Source: Entomortierella parvispora E1425 (Eukaryota; Fungi; Mortierellomycota). From it: a stretch of 64,000 nt of DNA. A program made the translations under genes and the position numbers. The stretch's first letter is position 1; each line of letters begins with the position of its first letter. The stretch spans positions 992,001 to 1,056,000 of the forward strand of contig BQFW01000011.1 of NCBI GenBank assembly GCA_020891255.1, read 5' to 3'. Below the pieces are notes generated by a model. It did no database searches and was not told where the DNA came from. It saw only the letters and a list, made by a program, of their open reading frames with translations. Below are positions 12,754-24,874 of the stretch, one piece after another.

Positions 12754-14258
12754 TTAATAGATATCAAGCTTGATACGCTTGTTCGCCTGGTCGTCGAGGC
12801 TGGCAGACACCTCATGAAGACGAGAGTCCTTCTCGACAATCAAACCGCGCAACCATTTGACCTCCATTTCCAATTCCTTAACACGGGCCTCCAAGGTCTC
12901 TGCACGAAGAGTCTGCTCCTTAGCAGTCTGCTCAAGTGCCTGCTCTCTCAACTTCTTCTTGTAACGGAAACGAGCTGAGGCTGCAGTGTTACGACGTCTC
13001 TTGTCCTCCTCAGCAGCAACTTTGCTGAGATAATCGGGATCATCCTTTGAGAATGAATCAGCAGCGGAAAGCTCGTGCTTATCATCCTCGCCTTCCACGT
13101 CCCTGTCATCTGCAGTCGAGGAAGAGTTTCCGGTCTTCTTGACAGCAGCAGCCACGCTGGCGGCAGTAGCGGCGGCAGCAATGACACTGGCATTGACAGT
13201 TGTGGGGCTCTTGGGAGCCAAAGTCGCAACGGGTGTAGTAGCAGCAGCGGCCTGGAGGGCCTTTTGCTGTTTCTTCGTCAACGACTGGGTGGCCTTGTAC
13301 TGGGGCAAGGTCTGACGCAAAAGCTTAGCAGCTGCGGGCGTAGTGGGCGCCGTGGCAGGAGCAATGTTTGGCAGGAGCATGGGCAATCCAGCGGAGCGCT
13401 GGAGGTGCTGCTGCTGCTGCTGAACAATTTGCGGTTGCTGAGGCTGCTGTTGCTGTTGCATCTGAGCCGAAGCCGAGTACGCGGCCAAGAGCGAGTGGAA
13501 GGCATTGATGGCGGCGGCCTGTTCCTGGAGCTCAGGCAAGATCTGGGGCTTGTCTGCGTTCACGGGGTTGCGCTGACGAGTGCGCTCCAAGAGCGACAAG
13601 GGACGGGAATCTATCGATTGCAATAAAGACAGGCCAGGATGGAACATTAGCGACTTTTCTCCATAACGACTTCAAGGACAAGAAAAATACATGCGCGCAC
13701 TGCCAACAAGGGGGGAAGCCAGTAACAAGAAGGATCTGCTTCCTTTGCAACAGCCCAAGAACCAAAAAGTGCCGCCCTTTTTTTCGGGTTGGACTGGCAT
13801 AATGATCACAAAAAAGGATTTTTCACTTTCTTGATTTTCGAACATTAATAATCCAACAGAGACAAAGAGGAAAGGAAAATAAGGGGCTTGGGAGCAGACC
13901 AGGGTGGACATTCAAGCTTTTTACCTTCTTGGGGCAGATTCAAGTACTCCATCAGATGCTGCTGGTCAAGGGCCGACTGGGGGTTGTGGCCCACAGTGGC
14001 CTTGGCAGGCTGGGCGGCGGCAGGTGCGGCCTCGACCTGGGGGGCTGCGATAGGAGCCAGACCGTGGTGCGAAGGGTGGTTCATCGAGGAGAGAGCTCCA
14101 AAGCCAGAGTCCTGCTCAAAGATACCAAGACCAGGAGGCATGTCAAAAGTGAACTCGGCATTGGTCCAGAGAGAGAGCTCAGCCGAGTAATCCTCAGGCG
14201 AGGAAATGACAGGCGATTCCGAGTTGAGGTTCGCAATAAGGGAAAGATAATCAGACAT
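12754..14258 (-). CDS. metR: bZIP transcription factor of the MetR/CYS3/Zip1 (sulfur regulation) type; 2 exons
   Basis: Basic region and zipper EEDKRRRNTAASARFRYKKKLREQALEQ...LEARVKELEMEVKWLRGLI. N-terminal ELSLWTNAEFTFD motif. GT-AG intron at about 13925-13612. Confidence 0.8.
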
Positions 14259-16577
14259 CGTTGATTGTAATCGTGAAGAGAATGTTGAATATGGAGATGT
14301 GGTTGGATGGACGAGTGGCCTCTATTTAGAGTCGACAGAGGCGACTATGCGGGGCAAGTGTAGGGGGACCCGGTGGGATGAGATGCAGGGGTAGCTTTCG
14401 TCTTTGGAAGGAAAGAGTGAAAAGTGGGAAAATCATCTTGGATGCGGGCCTGCCCGTCCTTTTATACGGCGGCTCAGCTGGCTGTGTGTTTATGACTCTT
14501 CCATGGAGTTTGTGCGGAGCAGCCGTCCCCCGCACTTTTTTTTGCCCTTGGAAAAGGGTCGCTCGACTCAATTTGAATCTATTCTCTATTCCTGCCTTCA
14601 CACTGGTGCCCAGCAGACAAGTACCCTTTCGGGCCAGCGGGCCAATGGCGCTGGCCGGGCAGGTCTCGAGGAAAAGACAGGTCTGGGGCTGGATCGATAA
14701 GATCAAAAGAAAATACAAGTCCCGATATCCCGGACAGCTCAGTGCGTGGACAAGAACAAATACTGTAAGGGCGGGATGGGAGCCGGTGCAACGGATACGT
14801 AGAAGCATCCAGGATCAACTCAGAGATCCGCCCTTTTGGCGAGTTTCTTCTCTCTGGCCTCAGACTTCCATCCACCAGATGCTCCCTCCCTTCCTACTCT
14901 ACCTGTTGCGAGCACATGACAGCCACTGAGGCAAACGCAGATAGGACACGCACGTACGGAGGACCGATTGCTGGTTTGCGCAACCTTATCGGCTGAAGCA
15001 GGGGAATATGTGAGCGGATCCTGCTCCTCAGCTGCCTCTCCTCTTCCTCTCTTGATCTCTTCTTCTGCGCATGTTCCCGCGCTCCCTGTCTGTGGGGGAG
15101 GGAGAGCATGGCATGGCATGACATGACGGGTGTGGAGAGTCTGCGAGACAAAACACCGCATTGTCCTCAGCCCGTGGCCATGTTTGTGCCCGGCTTGAGA
15201 GACATCTCTTTTTTCGGACTGGGTCCACTTGTCACTGACAAATCAAGACCAAATAGAGTTGGGCCTTAAGGTGTTGACGCGAGGCACACCCCGCTGTTCC
15301 CGATCGCGATTGCCTTTTTTTTTTCTCTCTTTGTTCTTCTTTTTGTGGTGCTTTGAACGGCGGAGCATTGGCGATGACCTTTTCATCGGTGGAGCTCTTC
15401 TCTCATCGCAGATTATTAACTCGGGTGCGGCGGGAATGCGCAGACTCTGGGCTCAATAACAGATCGTCATTGTGCACACCGTCCCTAACGAAAAGCTCTC
15501 TGCTGGTCCTGACATCGTGGAAACAATGACGAGGAACTCTGTCTTGGAAATCATGAAGAGGCTCATTCTGCACGGGATTCCAGGCTAAGGATGTGGTATC
15601 AACGCACGCCATCGACCGCGCTTTTGTAAACTCTCTTCAAGGGCTTTGTCAGCATCATGAATCCGCACCTTTCGATCCAGCATCTTCTTGGCCACATCTC
15701 TTGTCTTGACTTCGGCATGGTAACGGCTGCTAATCTTTTCGAGGCCGCACACACGCACTATCATGCATTATGGCCCTCAAAAGCTCAGCCGCTGTTGGGT
15801 CTGTTCATTCCTTTTTTTCACAACGCGTGCCACTTACATTGTTACGGTCCCCTTTTATCTTTCGTAACCTCATAACCTCGATATTCTCCTATATGTCTTG
15901 TCCTTTTCTCTGATCATTCCCTCATTTCCGTTCATTATACAGTCGATCAAAGTGGTATCCTGTTGACCGCGCCCTCCTGTTCCAGGGAGGTACCATTCAC
16001 ACAATCCAAGATAGCTCTTGGCGCGGAGAAGATCTTGCTGTCCTCAACTCACTTCTCTCTCTTGATTGCGTTTTCGCCTTTTATCGAGTATCCTCCCTTC
16101 TCTTGCCTTTTTCGTTCAACTCTTCTTCCTACATGTCCAGGAACGTGTATATCCATGCATGAAAGGGTGCTGGTGAATATAGCTATGGTACTCGTCGCTG
16201 TCAACAATGTACATACAACGCTGAGGGACACAAATTAGAGGGAAAACAAGACGAACAGATGAAATGTCAGCTACGCGTGAGCACCACACCGCTTGAAACG
16301 TTGTCACCGCCTACTTGCCATCTAGTCTCTTTGGAGCAATTGACGAACAGATCAAAAAGGGGCTGATCAAGGATGCACATTCTAGATGGAATACATTTTC
16401 GGTAGTTCCTTGCACCCCTTTTAGACAACCCTCTAAATTCCTCGTTTCTTTGCTTCTTTGCTTGATAGCGTCTCTTTCCTTCTCACCTTCACGACCAATT
16501 ACCCACCCATTCCATCCCTCCAGTGCTGACAGACTAAACCTTCCCCGACGAAATCAAAGAATATAGTTAGAATCAGC

Positions 16578-18540
16578 ATGAGTCAAATCTCGTTAGCAAG
16601 AGGTCTCCAGAGGATCAAACTTGCTTACATCCTGATACTGGCCTCCGCCTTCGTTGTGGTCAGGACTATCCTCAATCTTTACCATGTGGACAGGGACCAC
16701 TTTCTTAAACAGCAACCAGAGCCTTTGGCGGATCATATTCCATACAAGATACAGTCAGAAGAACAACGCCATTTTTTTAGCCATCTGGCGGCTCCCAAAC
16801 AGCGACCACTGCCAAAGTGGTTCGTGGAAACCCAAGAGTTCATTCGTAGAATGGAGACGAATCGACCTTACCCTTTCTTTGACCGGTACCTCGTTTATGA
16901 TGTCCACATGTGGCTCGGACTCAACAATATCAGGTAAAAAATTCGACCCTAGGTCAACATGGGAAGCAAACTTTTATCTAAGAGCAGCCAATTGCTAATA
17001 CTATCTCTCTGTTTTCTGATAGATACGGATTGGAAATGACCAATAATTACGGGATTGTACTGAATAGAACGGTGATAATCCCGTCAAAGATCTTTGCTAG
17101 GAATTGCATCCAGCACGAACTCTGTCAGCTAACTGGAGGGAAACTTGTGAACTTGGCCGAGTCAACAGATCCTATCTTCAGTCGGTGGGAATTGGATATC
17201 AATACAGTCTGGGATGTAGAGGAGATGCGCAAGACATTGAACGTCATGACAACAGAAGAGTTTAATCGAGTCATGCTGGTTCAGCAAGGGATCGTGGTGG
17301 AAGACCCTGAGGCTTGGATTGCTTCTCAGGGCGGGGACTTGAGTTTCTCCAGAGCGTTTAACGTACTCAAGATATACCACGACCTGGACCGAAAAATCAC
17401 GGTCGACAGTCAATTGGTCTTGGACTTCTTGTTTCGCAATGCACCCGGCGTCGAAATCGTAGACGATTTGGATCCATTGCCCGATAAAGGTCTCCTTCCC
17501 GAACGACCTTCAGAACCCTCTCCGACGGAAGCTCAGGAGGAGACTAAAGTTGTGGCCATACAACCGGAGATAACGCTTTGGACCGTTGTGTCACGAACCG
17601 AAATGTCCATGAACGAGACCGCACAACACACAGTTCCGATAAGATGGCGGGATACAGGATATAGCGGGGCCGCTCCAGTGGGATTTAAACAACGGTTCTC
17701 TTCCGATGCCAAGGTTCTTCATTTTCAGGAGGGCATCCATGAGTTCGCAGCTTTTCCATTCAAGTTCACTACCGCAGCCGCACGGGACCGGTACGTGAAT
17801 GTTGCCCTACATGAAATGGCCCTGAACAGCCAGATTCGCGAGGCACAACATTATGTCCTAGCAAAATTGCTGGCCATGATCGGTAACAAGCCCTACTTGG
17901 GGTTTCATTACCGCGTGGGTGACTTTGTGCAGTACTCTTGGTCCTGGAACGAGCCAGCGGACATCGTGATCCGTCGGTTCATTTACGCCAGCTGGATCTT
18001 CAGGGACCGATCCAATACCACGAGTGATTGCGAGGAGATCGATTTATCCACCATCCATTTGAGAGCTCTGCCCCCTGGAGGACAAATTGATGAAGTGGCA
18101 GAAGCAGCAACCACGGAGCATATGAAGCGATGTATGAATCGACCATTTTATTTCGCGACCGACGATAGTGCAAATCTTGGATTCGTGCAAGGGCTGAAGA
18201 GCATTGGTGGGATCGCTATGGATGACCTTCTGGACAGAGAATTCGTGTTAAAATACCCACATATAACCGCATTTGGGGATTATCAGGGGTAAGTCCTCGC
18301 CTACCCTTACTCCAATCTCTAGTGGTATTGAACGCTATCCTTCAAAAATCTTAACAACAGCCGTTTGCCTTCGTCCCTTCGGATAGCCTACTTGATCAAT
18401 GGATCTTAGCCAACTCAGAGTATTTCGTAGGAGCCGCCATGAGTTCTCTTACAGGAGGAGCTCTCAATATGCGTCGGAAGATTGGCAAGCCAGGGCCTAC
18501 GGCGGTGCTGATGGCGGAGCTCCTGAATGGTCGGAAGTAA
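16578..18540 (+). CDS. GDP-fucose O-fucosyltransferase-like type II membrane protein; 3 exons
   Basis: N-terminal TM (LAYILILASAFVVV), GLNNIR, YLGFHYRVGDF (HxRxxD), FYFATD, and last exon LLDQWILANSEYFVGAAMSS...RK* (TAA 18538-18540). Introns after 16933 and about 18288. Confidence 0.8.
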
Positions 18541-18873
18541 CGACCTACCCAGGCTGCGTCTCTGAAGAATAATAAAAAGAGAATAAGAACATTGTCACCC
18601 TCCTTTTTCTTCGCACATACAGTATCGTTTGCGTCTGGGTCATCAGGGTCCACATTCCCATCCTTTTTTAAAAAAAAAAATCCGGGCATTCCTGCAGAAA
18701 AATAGGAGTTTGATGATTTTCAGCAATGAGGTACAAACTCTCTCAGCTTGTTGTTTCCTACCTCCCCTTCCCCTTCCTTCCTTCTTCTCCTCTTTCATCT
18801 TCCCTCGTCCTTCCTTTTCAACTGGTTGCTCTCACTTTCTCTCACTCTCTAACTTTGCATTTGAAGCTCTTCA

Positions 18874-19824
18874 ATGGCTCCCAACAATGTACTTCCGGGG
18901 AGGAGCTACCGCCTATTCGTTTTCCTCGTTGGTCTTGTACTATTCTTCTTAACCCGCTTCAGTCTCCTCAGCCTCAACAACGACCCAACCCAGGGTATCG
19001 ATCCTGACCATAAAACCGGTCTAATCCTCACCCTCGTCCGAAACCATGAATCCTGGGGCAGTGGCCGAAGCTTTCACGACTTTTGGAGCATGGTCCAAGG
19101 GTTCGACTACCCCATGTCGAACCTTCGTATTGCCATCCTTGTCAGCGATAAAGACGAGCACAACGCCATCTTGGACTATGTTCAGAGGTTGCCTAAAAAT
19201 AGCCGCAGTGGGCCTCCAGTTCAAGTGCTTTATCGGGAGAAGGACCTGGGGATTGAGAGGCTTGATAGGAAGGATGACAATGTCCAGCGGAACAGAAGAC
19301 GGCTGCTTGCCCGTCTACGAAACTTTCTCTTGTACAGCACCCTTCGGGACGAGGACTTTGTGTTCTGGATCGACTCTGATATGATAGAGATCCCAAGCGA
19401 CCTCATGTCGCGGATGGCCCGCTCAGGGAAGGACATTATCACAACCCCAGCTCGCTTTGGACCCAACGGCCACTTTTATGATCTGAATGCCTGGGCGGGA
19501 GATCGGATCAAGCCCAACGCAGAAGAACAAAAAACCATTGAGGAAGGCGGGATCTTTGTCCCCCGTCATGCAGCTGTCAAGTTCGCACACGACTTGGAGG
19601 GCGAGTTTGGTCATTTGGATTCTGTAGGCGGTACAGTTTTGTTTGTCAGGAGTGAGGTTCACAAGGAGGGCGCGGCTTTCACAACCAACTATGTAATTGG
19701 AAGCGGATGGAAACATGAAGGCTACGATGGCATTGAGACCGAGGGTCTTTGCTACGTTGCTGGATTCTTGGGCTACGAATGCTGGGGAATGCCTACAGCC
19801 ATCACCATCCATAGCGACAAATAG
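18874..19824 (+). CDS. Anp1/Van1/Mnn9-family (GT62) alpha-mannosyltransferase-like protein; intronless
   Basis: 316-aa ORF with N-terminal TM, RRRLLARLRNFLL, FWIDSD (DXD), YDLNAW, LDSVGGTVLFVRSEVH and IETEGLC, all typical of the Anp1 family. Confidence 0.9.
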   Translation: MAPNNVLPGRSYRLFVFLVGLVLFFLTRFSLLSLNNDPTQGIDPDHKTGLILTLVRNHESWGSGRSFHDFWSMVQGFDYPMSNLRIAILVSDKDEHNAILDYVQRLPKNSRSGPPVQVLYREKDLGIERLDRKDDNVQRNRRRLLARLRNFLLYSTLRDEDFVFWIDSDMIEIPSDLMSRMARSGKDIITTPARFGPNGHFYDLNAWAGDRIKPNAEEQKTIEEGGIFVPRHAAVKFAHDLEGEFGHLDSVGGTVLFVRSEVHKEGAAFTTNYVIGSGWKHEGYDGIETEGLCYVAGFLGYECWGMPTAITIHSDK

Positions 19825-19980
19825 AGACTACCAATTAATAAATCTATATATCTATTGTAGTCTACTGAACATCCTGGGAAGTGGACTAGCTTATTGGCCT
19901 TTCAGGCTGACCGCAAACTCGATCGATAAGATGTGGGACAAAATAGCAGCAGACACCAAATGCCCAGGGGCAAATCTGTC

Positions 19981-19990
19981 ATCACGTGAT
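19981..19990. promoter_or_regulatory. Palindromic E-box (ATCACGTGAT), a possible bHLH (Cbf1/SREBP-type) site
   Basis: Perfect 10-bp palindrome about 83 bp upstream of the esterase ATG. Function is inferred only. Confidence 0.3.
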
Positions 19991-20072
19991 CAGAAGCGAC
20001 GAGGTGCCTAAACTTAACCCAAGCAAGCGGCATTCTCGGCATTGCCTCCTGTCCTTTAAACATCAACCCCAA

Positions 20073-21941
20073 ATGCCAGCATCCCATAAGTCCTCTTTCG
20101 CCTTCGACTCCTCTACTTCTATTACCTACGCCCGCACACATCCCGGTCCTCGTTACCAATCCATTTCCACCAAGACCGGCAATAGCATCCAAACGGCCTC
20201 AGCACCGAGGCCACGCCCCTTGACTCCCACCATTCACTCGGCCTCGGTCCACGCCAAGAATCCTTCGCCGGCAACAGTTCTTCCTGGAAAGCGGGGAAAG
20301 GCCACCCGACTCCTACTTGCCTCTTTTATCTTATTCCCTCCCGTGGCCATCTTCTTCCTCGCCATGTTCCCGGTCATCCTGCTGATCTCAGGTACGGTCT
20401 GCCATTTCCACCAACTTGTCTCCATGAGGGTATTTATCCACAATCCAACTACTGCTCCTTTTATTATTACGAGAGACTGAATCCAATTGAATCCTCTTGC
20501 TGTATCAGTGGTTTTCACCTATTCGGTGGCATGGCTCTTGTATTACTCAATGGCAGGGCCGATCACATTTTCTGCGCTGCCACTTGATCCAAGACGAGTT
20601 TGGAAATTGAACAAGGTGGTTTTCTCTGTGATCATTTCCAACCTGCGCCTGATCCCCATTGGACTGTCCTTGATTCGCTATCGCTATTTGACCATGCGAG
20701 GATCCTCGGGTCTTATGTAAGCTCTCTTAAAGCTCCAATTTCGAATATTGACGTACTGAACAGACCATCTCCGAAACATTGGAGAAACTAACCTTGAACC
20801 TTCTTGACTACTAGGGTCGATGTTGTCTACAATCCAAAGAGGCCCCACGTCAAACTCGACTTGTATATTCCTGACAACTCAACAGTGGACTGTCAACAGC
20901 CATTAGATGCAAAGGCACACAGGCCCGTGATTGTTTTTATTTATGGAGGCGCCTGGTCTTCAGGATCGAAGTGGCTATATACTCTGGTCGGAGCACGACT
21001 GCGCTCTATGGGGTATATCGTTGTTATGCCAGACTATGCCATCTACCCACAAGGATTTGTTACAGACATGGAGCAAGATGTTAAAGCTGCTGTTCAGTGG
21101 ACTCATAGCCATTGCCAAGAGTTTGGAGGCGATCCTCAAAGAATCTATTTGATGGGACACTCCGCTGGAGCACACCTTTGTGCGCTGACGGTACTGAATG
21201 ACGGTATCCAACGAATTCCAGTTTCACTTTTTGGATCTTCTTCCTCGACCATTTCATCCTCACCCATTCTATCAACACTTGTGAATGAGAATATTACGGA
21301 AGGACGCGATGATGTCTTGCCCCGGGTTAGGGGTATGATCCTCTGTTCTGGCGTTTACGACATCGGAGAACATTTCAAACATGAGTCTGCAAGAGGTGTG
21401 GAGGAAATTTCAGCCATGGCACGAGTGATGGGCAATAGTCAGAGCACATTCAGAGCACATTCGCCTACCAATGTTCTACAGGAGCTACTCCAGGTCTCGA
21501 CAAGGATTGACAAGAACTACCCAACAGAATCTCAGACTCGACATCAACATTTGCTTCGACACTTCAAGTCAATACTCCCAATGGAAACGCTGGTGATCCA
21601 TGGCGATAAGGATATGACGGTTCCTGTGAGATCCTCCCTCGAGTTTTTTATGGAGCTCAAGACTCTTCAATTGGGATCAGGAGCGCGCATGCGAGTCATC
21701 AGGGGCATGGCTCATGAGTCTCCTGTCGTCGGTAAGACCGAAGTGGATGCTGTTACTCAGGATGAGCTGTTTTCTGTTGAGATGGAGACGCCTCGTTCTA
21801 ATCTTGTTTTTGTTTTGTTCTACTGTTAAAGATCTGATGTCTAGTTTCGGCCGTGAGGCTACGTTCCAGTTGCAGCTAATGGAAGAATTGAGTCAGTTTA
21901 TAGACGGAGGAGAGAAGACATACATTAGACACAGAAACTAA
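20073..21941 (+). CDS. Alpha/beta hydrolase (isoprenylcysteine methylesterase/HSL-like) with N-terminal membrane segments; 4 exons
   Basis: FIYGGAWSSG oxyanion motif, nucleophile GHSAG, IHGDKDMTVP and a distal His (GMAHES). Introns at about 20391-20506, 20717-20812 and 21732-21830. Confidence 0.85.
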
Positions 21942-22119
21942 GGAATACTCATTCATAAATAGAGACTATAAGACAACAACAAAAAAAAAGAAGGGAGGGA
22001 AAGAGGGGCCACCGTGACAATTTTTCAATTTTAGGGACAAGCGAACATTCAACAATTACGAATCGCGTATATGATGAGATTGTAAAAGTGTACTCCCGGA
22101 ACAAAGTGCTCCTGAAATG

Positions 22120-22650
22120 AAAAAGGTATTAGCGATAGTTGATCTTCCGTTTCCGGCCACTAGGCCTCTTCAGCTATCGTTTCAAACCAAGGTTCCTTTG
22201 ACGATGAATTTGATCGTCGAGTATATCATTGCGTGGCCATTCACAACCAGCGTGCCACCAACTCCCTCGCCAGCCATAGCGTCGCCACCAGGAATAAGTG
22301 GAACACGGGGACTAACCATAATAACCGCGAAAATGCAATCCATTGAGTTTCCATCCCGAACACCACTAGCCCAATCGCTGACCCATCCCGCTCAGTGTCC
22401 AGTCTACCAAAACCTAAACCGCCACAGGGCTATAACGGTTGTGCTACCACCCGCCTCGCACTCATCGATCAAGACAGCCCCTTTGACTTAAAGGAACGGC
22501 TTCAGCTACTCGCGATATGTCAACAGACTGTGTCATTGCGATTGCCATCGTGGTCCCACAGACAACGCCTCTATCCGGCTTTATACCGACGATCCACGTT
22601 ACGCGCACGACCGAGGCGCATCCTCTCAACGGAAGGGAGAGACTCACGAA
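22120..22650 (-). ncRNA. Candidate ~530-nt structured non-coding RNA of unknown class
   Basis: Lies between two convergent genes, has no credible ORF and lacks the long homopolymers typical of intergenic DNA here. Many helices are visible (22133-22142/22170-22179, 22200-22218, 22417-22440, 22566-22571/22613-22618). The G/U-rich minus strand accommodates most wobble pairs. Confidence 0.45.
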
Positions 22651-22733
22651 AATATATAATAAAACGTAATTTTATTAAAAGGCGCTGTTTATTTTTGTGG
22701 TGTCAATTCTTTGTTTAAAGCCGGTTTTGAGTT

Positions 22734-24638
22734 CTAAGCGCGCACCTGGTATCTCCCTGCTTTGGTCATGGTCCTGACAGCTTTGTAGGGCTCGTAAGAC
22801 TCGTTAAAAAGCTTTAGTTTAGCGACCTTCAATCCTGAGAGTGAATGGGAATGGATCAAAAACTCGACCCCAATGTTGTATCCCGCATTTGATACCGTAT
22901 CGCTACTAAAAGAACAAAAAAAAAAAAAAAGAAAGAAAGAAAGAATGAGAGTTAATCCTGTATTGACAATCTGAACTGTTTGGGAGAGAAAACATAGAAC
23001 TTCAAAATCCTCCCCTATTATCTTACCTTCCCGCTACAAATCCAAATGACCCCGAGATCACAGGTGCCCGCTCTCTCTGTACAATCTTGCCCACATCCCA
23101 TCTCAGCACCTTCCCAACAGGGTCGAACATATACTGGCCCACATTGCAATGGGCAGTTAGTGAGCTTGTCGATTTGTGAAGCGGTAGTGTCAGAACTACG
23201 TTCTCGACCGGGTTCCCGCTCGAGTTCCTCAAGCTCACGCTGATATCAAATTTGCCACCATTTGCTCCAATGTTGATCGAAGGTTTGACCTGAATCGGCA
23301 AGTTTTGTTGGCTAGGTAGGTTGACGCTAAAATAACAATAACGTGCCGAAGGTATGTTAGACAAAGGTATCTATCCAACTCAAACAGCATTCGATTCCAC
23401 AATTAACAAGCACTGTGACATACCGGTAACTCATTAAGCGGAAATGACCATCTGGAGGTACAAAAGATAGGACCTTATCTGCTTCCCATTTGTTGAATCG
23501 AACCGAGGGGTGGAAACTGCAGTCATCCACTAGCCTTGGATTGACAAATGCAAGAGTCAGATCGGGCATGCCTATCCATAAATTCAGATAAAATGGGTTA
23601 ATTTCATCGGAAAGAAAAGGCGGTGGCAGCGGTGTATAAAGGTTTAAATCAAAGGTGCCAAAGGTGTACTGTCAATCCGTTACCTGAAAGTCTTGAGTTC
23701 GCCTGAATTGTCCCATGGGCCTCACAGGAGACAGCTTTTCCAGTCGAGTCCACAATAGCATCCATTTCCTCGACAATATCGAATAGAATCTCATTCCTCG
23801 TATATTTGACGCCTGCTTTTCTCCAGGGAAGATTCGACATGCCACTGGGCATCTTTTTGGTCGAGACTGATGTGGTTGCGCCCAAGGTGTTGACGACTTT
23901 GTTGAGAATATTAGGTGCTGGCACGATCTCCTTCAAGGCATTGGGTTCAGTCGTAAGGGGATAGCCATCATCCATCATTTCATCCAAGAGCTGGTATACT
24001 GTGACAAAGTTCTCCTTGATAATTGTCTCCGAAACTTGTCCAAAGTACTCTTGCATGATGTCCGGGATCCTGTGCAAAAATTCAAAGACCATCATAGGGT
24101 CCACTAGGAAAGACGACGGGAAAGATTGCGGCCGTTAGGATCTTCGTATTGTGTTCTTTTGCCTGGATTCCCTGGTGGGTTTCAAAAAAAGAAAAAAAAA
24201 AAAAAAAAAAAAAAAAAGGCCGGGTGGAGGACAGAACAACATGGAGGGTCCAGGAAGAGCTTGGATGAAGAATACCTTCTTTAGTGACAGGGCTGAGGTA
24301 AGTAAGCCCATCGCGGTAGATGTTGATGAGCTGATACGTAGGCGAGGAAAGAATAGGCAGTACATCTTCTCGTGTCACATCTTCGCCGGCAGCCATGGAT
24401 TTGGTGACCTGGTCATTGAAGTAATCGACGACACGGCGGGGGATCAGTTCGTGCCAGTGCTTCTCAATGATGACCTTCCTAGGACGGACATGAGCACAAG
24501 TGGAAAAAGAGCAAGGCGTGAGTGGCTCCACATGTTACAAACGTGTGCATCTGCATGTGAGAGCATCGAGAACTCTGGCGGAGCTGATGAAGCCAGCATT
24601 TACCCTGTGGGGGAGAGGACAAAGAGAGACTCAATCAT
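22734..24638 (-). CDS. APM3: AP-3 adaptor complex medium (mu) subunit; multi-exon
   Basis: MIESLFVLSPTG|...IIEKHWHELIPRRVVDYF, DPMMVFEFLHRI, IKENFVTVYQLLDEMMDDGYP, DDCSFHPSVRF, LSFVPPDGHFRLMSY, and C-terminus YEPYKAVRTMTKAGRYQVRA*. Confidence 0.92.
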
Positions 24639-24874
24639 GTCAGGGAGACTGTGCTGGCGATGGAGGAGTAGAGAAAGAGACGAAGAGCGAGAGTAGCTGA
24701 ATGCATGCGATGAAGGACAGAGGAGTGCTCGACGTGGGGCAAGCACAACGCAGAGAGAACAATGCTGCCCCTTAACAGTTCGACTCACCGCTTCCCCGAG
24801 ACTGCGGTTCAATAAACACTGTGTGATCAGAGGAGTCATCGTCCTTTCCTCATCCATATCCCCTTCATCTCACC

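Noticed and set aside
15460-15740. Coding-like stretch after a TAACAG acceptor upstream of metR
   Set aside because: Multiple stops and no recognisable motif, so neither a gene nor a pseudogene can be supported.
22071-22115. ATGATGA...CTGA as a box C/D snoRNA
   Set aside because: Only about 45 nt between the boxes, no terminal stem, and no convincing rRNA antisense element.
22410-22420. AAACCTAAACC (about 1.8 copies of AAACCT) as a telomerase template on the plus strand
   Set aside because: The telomere repeat of this organism is unknown to me. Most wobble pairs favour the minus strand, and no U-rich/A-rich triple-helix pseudoknot was found. Kept only as a hypothesis to test.
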